DNA of 53,411 bases, taken from contig JBBQCF010000001.1 in the NCBI GenBank assembly GCA_038318455.1, forward strand, positions 1 to 53,411. The letters are read 5' to 3'. A program made the position numbers and the translations under genes. A model generated the notes under the pieces. The model saw nothing but the letters and a program-made list of their open reading frames with translations, had not been told where the DNA came from and ran no database searches. Of the stretch, positions 34,928 through 43,247 are shown one piece after another (position 1 is the first letter of the stretch; the number at the start of each line of letters is the position of its first letter). The DNA comes from Candidatus Moraniibacteriota bacterium (lineage in GTDB: Bacteria > Patescibacteriota > Minisyncoccia > Moranbacterales > GWC2-37-73).

Positions 34928-35986
34928 CTATTTTTTGATTGAATATATCCCACTTTTTGATTTAACAAAGTAGTTATTTAAGTTTATCACAATAGTTGAT
35001 TTTTTCACATGCCTGATTTCAAGAACTTTGGAAATAACTTCGTCCCTATTAAATGAGCCGTCATTTTTTTTCAAAATTTCTTCAATAACGTCTTTAACTG
35101 TTCCGCTTTTATATCCCCATTCAACCAAAGCGTAAATTCCACGTCCAACCAAGACAAAATTTTCGTCCTTAATCAATTCATTATGCACTGTTTGAGCATG
35201 AGTCTTCTTTTTATTTAAATGATATTGATCAATCTTCTTTGCAATGTCTCTAAAATGCAAAGGCTTCTTCGCTTCTTTCAGTACCAAATAAGCTTTTTCT
35301 CTTGTTCCTTTTGGAGAAATTTCTTTCCATTTAGCGATTCCCCATTTAGAAAAAGTATTTTGCTTTATCTCCTCTGAAACTTCCAAATAATGTGCGAACG
35401 CTTCTTTTGACAAATCAAATGCTGGCAATTGAGTTTTCACCAGCTTGTATAGTTCTTCAACTGAAAGAGGTTTTTTCTGGGATTTCAAAACTGTAATTGT
35501 GGCGTTCTTAGTTTTTCTCCAATTTTCAAGATCAAAATCTGGCAAAGAAAAAGATGTTTTCAATTCTCCTTTAATTTCATTGCTAATAATTCCATCAAAA
35601 CACTCAAGGAAAAAAGCTGCTGAAGCTTGTTCACTTTGCACTCCATTTCCAAGCGCAAACAAAAGCGCCTTTTCGCTCATTATGCCACCATTAAGTTCAA
35701 GAGCCAAAGTTACTTTTTCTTGTATTTGAAGAAAAAGAGGATTGTCTTTCTTTTCTTTTACCTTTTTCAGGACTTCACGAATAACCTGTCTGACACGTTC
35801 ACGCGTGATGCTATATTTTTTTCCAATTTCCTCCAAAGTCAAAGAATGTGAGTTAAAAACACCCCAACGATTGAAGATTATCTCCTGTGAACGCAAAGGA
35901 AAATAAGCCACAATTTGCTTAAGTACCTCCGAAAATATCAATTTTTCAGCAACTGCTTGCTGTTTATTCGCATTTACTGTTTCCAT
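34928..35986 (-). CDS. Sigma-70 region-4-like HTH plus HARE-HTH domain protein
   Basis: It contains LTLEEIGKKYSITRERVRQVIREVLKKV (region 4.2-like) and LHFRDIAKKI...ELIKDENFVLVGRGIYALVEWGY (HARE-HTH / RpoE-delta-like). Confidence 0.75.
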   Translation of the reverse strand: METVNANKQQAVAEKLIFSEVLKQIVAYFPLRSQEIIFNRWGVFNSHSLTLEEIGKKYSITRERVRQVIREVLKKVKEKKDNPLFLQIQEKVTLALELNGGIMSEKALLFALGNGVQSEQASAAFFLECFDGIISNEIKGELKTSFSLPDFDLENWRKTKNATITVLKSQKKPLSVEELYKLVKTQLPAFDLSKEAFAHYLEVSEEIKQNTFSKWGIAKWKEISPKGTREKAYLVLKEAKKPLHFRDIAKKIDQYHLNKKKTHAQTVHNELIKDENFVLVGRGIYALVEWGYKSGTVKDVIEEILKKNDGSFNRDEVISKVLEIRHVKKSTIVINLNNYFVKSKSGIYSIKK

Positions 35987-36133
35987 GGTTTTTTATAGAT
36001 AAATTGAATATATTAGGTTTCAAATTATATTAACACATATTAAAATTTTGTCAACCTTTTGAGCTGGATATCCAAAAATAATCAATTTTTCGCTTATCCT
36101 CATATAAACGATCGGATTTTAATATTAAGCAAT

Positions 36134-36168
36134 AAAAAAATCGGGAAGCCACAAGGTGCTTCCCGATT
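36134..36168 (-). terminator. pheST terminator
   Basis: The 11-bp stem aatcgggaagc/gcttcccgatt is followed on the minus strand by ttttttt. Confidence 0.75.
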
Positions 36169-36184
36169 TATAAACAAAAAATGC

Positions 36185-38698
36185 TTATTTTCTCAATTTA
36201 ACTTTTAATTCTTCCTCAATTTTATTCATCACATTGTTCATAGTATCATCAATCTCTTTTCCCATGAGTGTTCTCTCATTTGCACCTAAAATTATATGAA
36301 AAGCAAAGCTAGTTGTGTCATCAGCAAAATCAATGGCATCAAAAAGATCCACATCTAAAATCAGCTCTCCTCCAGCTCTTTGAATCACTTGCAAAATTTC
36401 ATCCACCAACACACCACCTTCAGCAATCATGGAAATATCCCTCGTTACAACTGGATGTTTTCTAATCGGAGCATATTCTCTTTCCTCGTTGGAAATTTCC
36501 AAAAGTTTTTCACTGTCAAATTCAAACATGACCACGCGAGTATGAATGTCAAAACCTTCCAAAACAAATGGGTTTATTTCTCCCACAAAACCGATTGATT
36601 TTTCAGACCCTTCAATTTTAATTTCCGCACTACGACTTTGATGCCAAAGTGAACTTGGCGTTTCTATTGGCACGCCATTAAAATTATCATAGTAATGATC
36701 CAAAATTCCGAGTTGAGCCAAAACATGATCAACTGCAGCTTTAGCTTCAAAAAATCCCGATTCGTGCCTCTTATCCATTTTCTCAAGTTTTGCACTTTTT
36801 TTCCCAAGAACCATTGCTCCCACGATCATATTCTTTTCTAATGGCAAGCCATCTTCACTTGGCCTGTCCGCAATGCTTTGCATAGCGATGCAGGCTGGCC
36901 AATAAACTCTACCTATTTCGAAAATATTAAATTCATTGTAATTTTTAAGATTTTCTCTAATATTTTTCAATAAGTTTGGAATAAGGCTGATTCTTAGTTG
37001 AGAATATTCAGGGCTTAGAGGCATTTCCAATTCCAAATGTTTAATATGCCCAAGCTCTGTCAAATTTGCATCAGCAGCAGAATAAAAAGAATAATTATAA
37101 ACCTCTGAAAAACCTTGTCCTGTTAATATTCTTTTTAATGCTCGTTCGAAAACTCTTGCTTCATTTTGTTTTGCACCAGTTATTGAAACTTTTGGAGCAA
37201 CGTTTTCAATTTTTTCATAGCCATAAATTCGACCAATTTCTTCAATCAAATCTTCCTGACTTTTAAGATCAATTCTAAAAGTTGGAATTTCTGTCACGAT
37301 ATAATCATTTTTAAGAGTAACCTTGAGTCCGAGAGATTTTAAAATGTTTTGACTTGTTTTTGGCGGAACTTTCACACCCAATAATTTATCAATATAAGCA
37401 AGTTCCAATTTAAGTGTCCAAGATTTTATTTTTTTAGGATAAATATCCACCACTCCTTCAAATTTTGCCCCAGCAATATGCTCCAAAATTTCCATTACTC
37501 GCACCATGGCTTTTTCAGCCAAATTTGGATCAAGATCTTTTTCAAACCTGCTTGATGCATCTGTAAATAAGGCTAATCTTGAACGAGTCCTGCGGATTGA
37601 AAGTGGTTTGAAAGTTGCAGCTTCCACAATAATTGTCTTAGTTTCACTTGAAATTCCTGATTCCTTTCCTCCCATGATTCCAGCCAATGCCAAAATCTCT
37701 TTTTCATTGGCAATAACAATATCGCCATTAATAAGTTTCTTAATGCTGCCGTCTAATAATTCAAGATCTTCTCCATCTTTTGCACTTCTTACTGTTATGG
37801 TCGCTGTTTGATTTTTGAAATTTGAATCTTGAGATTTGCTTGGAGTTTGGAGATTGGAGATTGGAAATTGCATGTCTGAGACTTTTTCAAAGTCGAAGGC
37901 ATGCAGTGGTTGACCAAGCTCCAACATGACATAATTTGTCGCATCAACAATATTATTGATTGCTTTGATGCCACAAGCTTCCAAGCGCGCGCTCATCCAA
38001 TCTGGAGAATTTTTAACTTCAACGCCACTAAGAACGGCGCCGATATAACGTGGGCAAAGTTCATCATTTTCAATTGAAACATTCAAATTCTTGGCTTTTT
38101 TGTTTTCCAAAATAAGACCATCATAATCATAATCCATCTCCCCTCCTTCAAGCGCTATAATTTCTCTGGCCATCGCCACATGACTCACTGCATCATGCGC
38201 CCTATCTGGTAAAACTTTGATATCCAAAATTTCATCTTCATTATTCATGACTTCGCCAAAAGCAGTTCCAATTTTTATTTCCTTATCTAAAAGCAAAATG
38301 CCTTCGTGACTTGCGCCTAATCCAAGTTCATCTTCAGCGCAAAGCATGCCAAAGGACTTGTGCCCTCGGATTTCAGCTTCTTTTATTTCAATTCCATTTG
38401 GAAGCATAGCACCGACAGTTGCCACTGGCACAATGTCACCCACGGAAATATTATGAGCACCACAAACGATGTTTAATATTTCATCTTTTGCAATTTCAAC
38501 TTTTGTCAGTTGCAATTTATCAGCATTGGGATGTTTTTCAATTTCCAAAATTTTTCCAACAACCACACCAGCAAAAGAACTGCCAACTTTTTCAACTGAT
38601 TCAACTTCAAAAGAATGCATGGTGATAAGTTCCGCAATTTCATTGGCTGTTTTTTTTGTTTCAGTCAGCTCTTTGAGCCAGTTGTAAGAATATTTCAT
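36185..38698 (-). CDS. pheT: Phenylalanine--tRNA ligase beta subunit
   Basis: It is 837 aa and starts MKYSYNWLKE. It has a tRNA-binding (OB) domain, B3/4 and B5 domains and a C-terminal FDX-ACB-like domain. It lies immediately downstream of pheS. Confidence 0.93.
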   Translation of the reverse strand: MKYSYNWLKELTETKKTANEIAELITMHSFEVESVEKVGSSFAGVVVGKILEIEKHPNADKLQLTKVEIAKDEILNIVCGAHNISVGDIVPVATVGAMLPNGIEIKEAEIRGHKSFGMLCAEDELGLGASHEGILLLDKEIKIGTAFGEVMNNEDEILDIKVLPDRAHDAVSHVAMAREIIALEGGEMDYDYDGLILENKKAKNLNVSIENDELCPRYIGAVLSGVEVKNSPDWMSARLEACGIKAINNIVDATNYVMLELGQPLHAFDFEKVSDMQFPISNLQTPSKSQDSNFKNQTATITVRSAKDGEDLELLDGSIKKLINGDIVIANEKEILALAGIMGGKESGISSETKTIIVEAATFKPLSIRRTRSRLALFTDASSRFEKDLDPNLAEKAMVRVMEILEHIAGAKFEGVVDIYPKKIKSWTLKLELAYIDKLLGVKVPPKTSQNILKSLGLKVTLKNDYIVTEIPTFRIDLKSQEDLIEEIGRIYGYEKIENVAPKVSITGAKQNEARVFERALKRILTGQGFSEVYNYSFYSAADANLTELGHIKHLELEMPLSPEYSQLRISLIPNLLKNIRENLKNYNEFNIFEIGRVYWPACIAMQSIADRPSEDGLPLEKNMIVGAMVLGKKSAKLEKMDKRHESGFFEAKAAVDHVLAQLGILDHYYDNFNGVPIETPSSLWHQSRSAEIKIEGSEKSIGFVGEINPFVLEGFDIHTRVVMFEFDSEKLLEISNEEREYAPIRKHPVVTRDISMIAEGGVLVDEILQVIQRAGGELILDVDLFDAIDFADDTTSFAFHIILGANERTLMGKEIDDTMNNVMNKIEEELKVKLRK

Positions 38699-38710
38699 AA
38701 AAAAATCTTA

Positions 38711-39742
38711 TTAGAATTGTTTAATAAATCGAAGGTCGCCAGAGTGAAACAGTCTGATGTCATCGATCTTATATTTCATCATTGCCAATCTTTCAAGTCC
38801 AAATCCCCAGGCAAAACCTTGATATTTATTGCGCTCATATCCCACGGCTTCAAAAACATTTTGATTCACAATTCCAGCTCCACCAATCTCGAGCCATCCA
38901 GCACCTTTGCAAGCACCGCAACCAGCGCCACCACAAACTGTGCAACTAATATCAAATTCGAAACTTGGTTCAGTAAATGGAAAATAACTTGGACGAAGTC
39001 TTACTTTGACATCTGCCTTGAAAAACTTTGAGAAAAATTGCTCCGCCACAAATTTTAGATTTCCAACTGTGATATCATCGCCAACCATCAAAGCTTCAAA
39101 CTGATGAAAAGTGTGCTCATGTGTTGTGTCTGTTGATTCATTGCGAAAAACCCTTCCTGGTGCGATGATGCGAAATGGTGGCTGGTGTTTTTCCATGAAG
39201 CGAATTTGAGTATCTGAAGTTTGCGTGCGCATTACAAGTTTTTCCTTTTTCCCTTCATTTTTTAGCCAAAAAGTATCTTGCATATCACGAGCTGGATGAT
39301 CCTTGGGAACATTTAAAGCATCAAAATTATAGAACTCCGTTTCCACTTCCCTGCCATCTGCAATTTCAAATCCCATGGAAACAAAAATATCTTCAATTTC
39401 ATATTGAATTTTGCTAAGCGGATGAAGATGTCCACGAACTATTTTTTTGGCTGGCATTGTCACATCGATTTTCTCCGCCACAAAATCAAAGCTCTTTTTC
39501 TTTAATTCATTTTCTTTTTCAGTAAAAACATTTTCAAGTTCAACTTTAACAGTGTTGGCCAATTGACCAACTTCTTTTCTTTCTTCACCATCAAGATCCT
39601 TGAGACCTTTCAGAATATTTGTAAATTCACTCTTGCGACCCAAATATTTGATTCGTAGATCATTAACAATTTCCATTGAAGTGGATTTTTCAATTTCCAC
39701 TAGCGCTTCATTTTTAATTTCTGCGATTTTTTGCTTTAGCAT
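38711..39742 (-). CDS. pheS: Phenylalanine--tRNA ligase alpha subunit
   Basis: It shows the class II motifs (HPARDMQDTF, FRNE...H, GFAWGFGLERLAM). The likely start is ATG 39742 (MLKQKIAEI...); the track uses a TTG at 39763. Confidence 0.93.
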   Translation of the reverse strand: MLKQKIAEIKNEALVEIEKSTSMEIVNDLRIKYLGRKSEFTNILKGLKDLDGEERKEVGQLANTVKVELENVFTEKENELKKKSFDFVAEKIDVTMPAKKIVRGHLHPLSKIQYEIEDIFVSMGFEIADGREVETEFYNFDALNVPKDHPARDMQDTFWLKNEGKKEKLVMRTQTSDTQIRFMEKHQPPFRIIAPGRVFRNESTDTTHEHTFHQFEALMVGDDITVGNLKFVAEQFFSKFFKADVKVRLRPSYFPFTEPSFEFDISCTVCGGAGCGACKGAGWLEIGGAGIVNQNVFEAVGYERNKYQGFAWGFGLERLAMMKYKIDDIRLFHSGDLRFIKQF

Positions 39743-39837
39743 AGATATTTTTTTCTTAATCAATGGTCTAGATTATTTTAACGTCAAAAAGCTCGGAAGT
39801 CAAAACATGTAAGCACTTTTAATTCAACATAAAATAT

Positions 39838-41043
39838 TTATTTCTTAAAAACAATTTTCACAAATCCCATTTTGCCAATTTTCAAAACCTTACCATCAAA
39901 TTCTTTTGTGATCATTGCTTGCGGATCAAGAAATTTTTCCTCATCAATAGAAACTCCTCCTTGTTCGATTTTTCGTTTGGCATCCCCCATGCTCGTGGCA
40001 TTATCTGATTTCACAAGAAGCTCCGCCAATTTCAATTCGCCTTCAACCAAAAATTCAGCCACGTCGGTTGGAATTTCTTTTTTGGAAAAAGTATTAATGA
40101 AAAATTCGCGCGCACTGCGAGCGTCATCTTCAGAGTGATAAATTTTCACAATTTCTCCAGCCAAGCGCAGTTTTGCATCGCGTGGATTCAAAGTTTCGTC
40201 TTGCATCTCCTTTTCCAATTGAGAAATTTCTTCCATTGGCACGCGCGTACAAGAAATGAAATATTTCACAATAAGTTCATCTCCCATACTCATAACTTTG
40301 CCAAACATCAAATTAGCATCGTCCAAAAGATTGATTGTATTTCCCCAACTTGAACTCATCTTGCGCCCATCAGTACCCTCAATCAAATCCATCATAATGA
40401 TGTCTTGTGGAGCTTGCTTATATTTTCTTTGAAGCTCCCTTCCTGCCAAAAGATTGAAACGTTGATCGGTTCCTCCCAATTCAACATCAGCTTTCAGCAC
40501 GACACTGTCATAGCCTTGCATCAGTGGATACAAAAGTTCGCGCAGTGAAACTCTGGTTCCTTTGTCCAATCTTTTTTTGATATTTTCTCGGGAAATAAAT
40601 TCAGCAAGAGAAAACGCATCAGCTTGCTCTGAAATCTCACCATAAGTAAGTTTTCCAAGCCAATCAGAATTTTTCACAAATTCAACTTTATCCAAATCCA
40701 AAAGTTTTCCAGCTTGTTCGAGATATGTTTTCATGTTTTCATCAATAACTTTTTGTTCAAGCATTGGACGCTCACTTTCCTTATCTGAAGTATCGCCAAT
40801 CACACCCGTAAAATCGCCCACCAAAAAAACGATTTGATGACCAAGTTGTTGCAAGTCCCTAAGCTTAAGCAGTGTTGTGGCTCTACCCAAATGGATATTA
40901 GGACTAGTGGGATCAGTGCCAAGCTTAATCCGCAATTTTTCCCCGCCAAGAAGCCTTTTTTTGAGATTTTTTGCATCAATAACCTCACTCACTCCTCGCG
41001 AAAGAATTTCGTCAATTTGCTGCTCTAATTTGTTTTTTTCCAT
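39838..41043 (-). CDS. tyrS: Tyrosine--tRNA ligase
   Basis: It has a HIGH-like motif (PNIHLGR), a KMSKS-like motif (KMSSS), GGTDQ and a C-terminal S4-like domain. The likely start is MEKNKLEQ at 41043; the track starts at 41085. Confidence 0.88.
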   Translation of the reverse strand: MEKNKLEQQIDEILSRGVSEVIDAKNLKKRLLGGEKLRIKLGTDPTSPNIHLGRATTLLKLRDLQQLGHQIVFLVGDFTGVIGDTSDKESERPMLEQKVIDENMKTYLEQAGKLLDLDKVEFVKNSDWLGKLTYGEISEQADAFSLAEFISRENIKKRLDKGTRVSLRELLYPLMQGYDSVVLKADVELGGTDQRFNLLAGRELQRKYKQAPQDIIMMDLIEGTDGRKMSSSWGNTINLLDDANLMFGKVMSMGDELIVKYFISCTRVPMEEISQLEKEMQDETLNPRDAKLRLAGEIVKIYHSEDDARSAREFFINTFSKKEIPTDVAEFLVEGELKLAELLVKSDNATSMGDAKRKIEQGGVSIDEEKFLDPQAMITKEFDGKVLKIGKMGFVKIVFKK

Positions 41044-41197
41044 ATTCCAAGTTTTGAATAAATTTATAGCTAAATATAATCCCATAATACCAATTTAAGG
41101 CTCTTTATGCAACTATTGACTTTTTTATAAAAAAGAGCATAATGATGACTTGCCGAGAAGAATTTGTTATTTAACAATATTATAAGGAGAGTGGACA

Positions 41198-41980
41198 ATG
41201 AGAATATTCCTAATCAACACCAAGTATCTAGAGGCAGTTGAAATGTGGTGGGTGCTTATGCCTGCATGGAAAAGACGTAGTTCAAGACTTTTACTGTGCA
41301 TGCTTTTATCTTTGGCAATTTTCGTATTACCAATGATGGCATTATTAGAAACATGTCAACATGACATAATTTGGATAGTACAATTTCTCTTGGGAATAAT
41401 TGTAATGTACATTTCATCAGCACTTTTAACCGTAATTGCGAAAAGCCGGATGCAGCTAGCAGCCCTAACTCTTGATTTGAAAGAAATTTCACTGCGCGAT
41501 TCACTAACTGGTTTATACAACAACAGGGATTTCATGAAAGAGCAATTGGAAATTACTATCGATCGCTGTCAAAGATACAACGAGCATGCTGTAATTTTGT
41601 TCGCCGATTTAGATGGATTAAAAATAATCAATGACAGCTACTCACATCTGGCCGGTGACAGCGCTATTGTCTCTACGGCAAAACGTATTCATGATGTACT
41701 TAGAGAGGTCGACGTTTTTTTCAGATTCGGTGGAGATGAATTCTTTATCATCACCTCAATCAAAAGTGCCCATGATTGTGAAGAAGAAATAGAAAAGATA
41801 CGCAACAGAATAATAACCGCCGTAAGTTCTAAACCGATTCATTATGGACAAGAAAAAATTTATTTATCCATTTCTATCGGAGCTCATATCATCAATCCTG
41901 AAAACGAAATTGCAAGAGAAATTAAGATTGTAGACAAGAAAATGTATGCGGTAAAGGATGCAAAGAAAAAGTTAGTATAA
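41198..41980 (+). CDS. Membrane-anchored diguanylate cyclase (GGDEF domain)
   Basis: RBS aaggagag lies upstream. It has N-terminal TM helices, an intact GGDEF motif (RFGGDEFFI) and an I-site-like REVD 5 residues upstream. Confidence 0.88.
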   Translation: MRIFLINTKYLEAVEMWWVLMPAWKRRSSRLLLCMLLSLAIFVLPMMALLETCQHDIIWIVQFLLGIIVMYISSALLTVIAKSRMQLAALTLDLKEISLRDSLTGLYNNRDFMKEQLEITIDRCQRYNEHAVILFADLDGLKIINDSYSHLAGDSAIVSTAKRIHDVLREVDVFFRFGGDEFFIITSIKSAHDCEEEIEKIRNRIITAVSSKPIHYGQEKIYLSISIGAHIINPENEIAREIKIVDKKMYAVKDAKKKLV

Positions 41981-41983
41981 AAT

Positions 41984-42019
41984 AAAGCCGGATAGATGAA
42001 AACATCTATCCGGCTTTTA
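41984..42019. terminator. Bidirectional terminator
   Basis: The 14-bp perfect stem aagccggatagatg/catctatccggctt has loop aaaa. Confidence 0.8.
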
Positions 42020-42036
42020 AATTTCTCTAAAATTTT

Positions 42037-42315
42037 CTACAAAAGTCCTAGTCTTTTCTTGGCTTCAAAAATCTGATGATCATTCATCTGACCAGTTTTT
42101 TTCATTTGTTCCAGTGTTTTCAAGATGTCAGCTTTGTTTTTTTGAATATTATCAGGAGTCATAACTTTTTTCATCAATTTCTCTCTTTCGTCTGGACTCA
42201 TTTTTTCCAGTTTTTTCATTGCCATTCTCTGCATGAATCCCATATTTTCAGGATCAAGAGGATTGGCGCTTTTCTTCTTATCATCTTTCTTCTTAAATGC
42301 ATCTAAAATTCCCAT
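42037..42315 (-). CDS. Hypothetical Lys/Met-rich small protein
   Basis: This is a 92-aa ORF downstream of secF. Confidence 0.55.
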   Translation of the reverse strand: MGILDAFKKKDDKKKSANPLDPENMGFMQRMAMKKLEKMSPDEREKLMKKVMTPDNIQKNKADILKTLEQMKKTGQMNDHQIFEAKKRLGLL

Positions 42316-42340
42316 ATCTTTTTTATTTTATAATTTAAAA

Positions 42341-43243
42341 TTACTTTTTATATTTTATTGTCAATTCATATCCAGTCACCAAAAGTGCACTCGCGATAAA
42401 AATTGAGGAATAAGTTCCAAAACCAACTCCAACCAAAAGTGCCAATGCGAAATATTTAATAGCAGTTCCTCCGAAAAGATAGATGGCCAGCAATGTTATG
42501 ACCACAGTAAGCGATGTATTAATTGAACGTACCAATGTTTCATTCAAACTTTGATTAACAACTTCGGGAAATGGAACCTTGTTTGAACTTCTAAGTAAAT
42601 TCTCGCGAGTCCTGTCATAAACAACAATGGTATCATGCACGGAGAATCCAAGAATTGTCAGTAAAGCAGCAATAAAAGGAATGCCAATTTCTATTCCATA
42701 AAAATGTCCTAGCAAGGAAAAAACACCTGTCGTAATCAATATATCATGAGCAAGCGCAACCACAGCGCCAATTCCATATTTCCAAGATTCAACTGGACGA
42801 GAAACCTTGCGAAAAGCCCAAGCGATATATGCCATGATTGCAAAAATTGCCAACAATAAGGCATTTACAGATTTTGATTTAAGTTCTCCCGAAACAGAAG
42901 AATTGAAAAAATCCACACTTGATTGAGTTGCATCTTGATATTTTGCATTAATTTTTTGCCAAACATCGATATTAGTCTTATCATCTTCAGAAGCATAGCG
43001 AACAACCATTGAATTATTTTCCAATCCTTGCAGTGTTAAACTTTTTAATTCCAAATCCTTAAGCACTTCATTAACTTCATCTTTAGCAGGAACTTGCTCT
43101 GCAAATTTCACCACCATGCGAGTTCCACCCGTGAAATCGATGTCATATTTAAGCCCCCAGACAAACAGACTTAAAATACTAAGAATCGTAATTATTCCGG
43201 AAAAAATGTAGGCGTATTTAGCTTTTCCAATGATATTTATCAT
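42341..43243 (-). CDS. secF: Protein translocase subunit SecF
   Basis: It is 300 aa with 6 TM and the SecDF-type C-terminal TM bundle. It lies 4 nt after secD. Confidence 0.92.
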   Translation of the reverse strand: MINIIGKAKYAYIFSGIITILSILSLFVWGLKYDIDFTGGTRMVVKFAEQVPAKDEVNEVLKDLELKSLTLQGLENNSMVVRYASEDDKTNIDVWQKINAKYQDATQSSVDFFNSSVSGELKSKSVNALLLAIFAIMAYIAWAFRKVSRPVESWKYGIGAVVALAHDILITTGVFSLLGHFYGIEIGIPFIAALLTILGFSVHDTIVVYDRTRENLLRSSNKVPFPEVVNQSLNETLVRSINTSLTVVITLLAIYLFGGTAIKYFALALLVGVGFGTYSSIFIASALLVTGYELTIKYKK

Positions 43244-43247
43244 ATAT

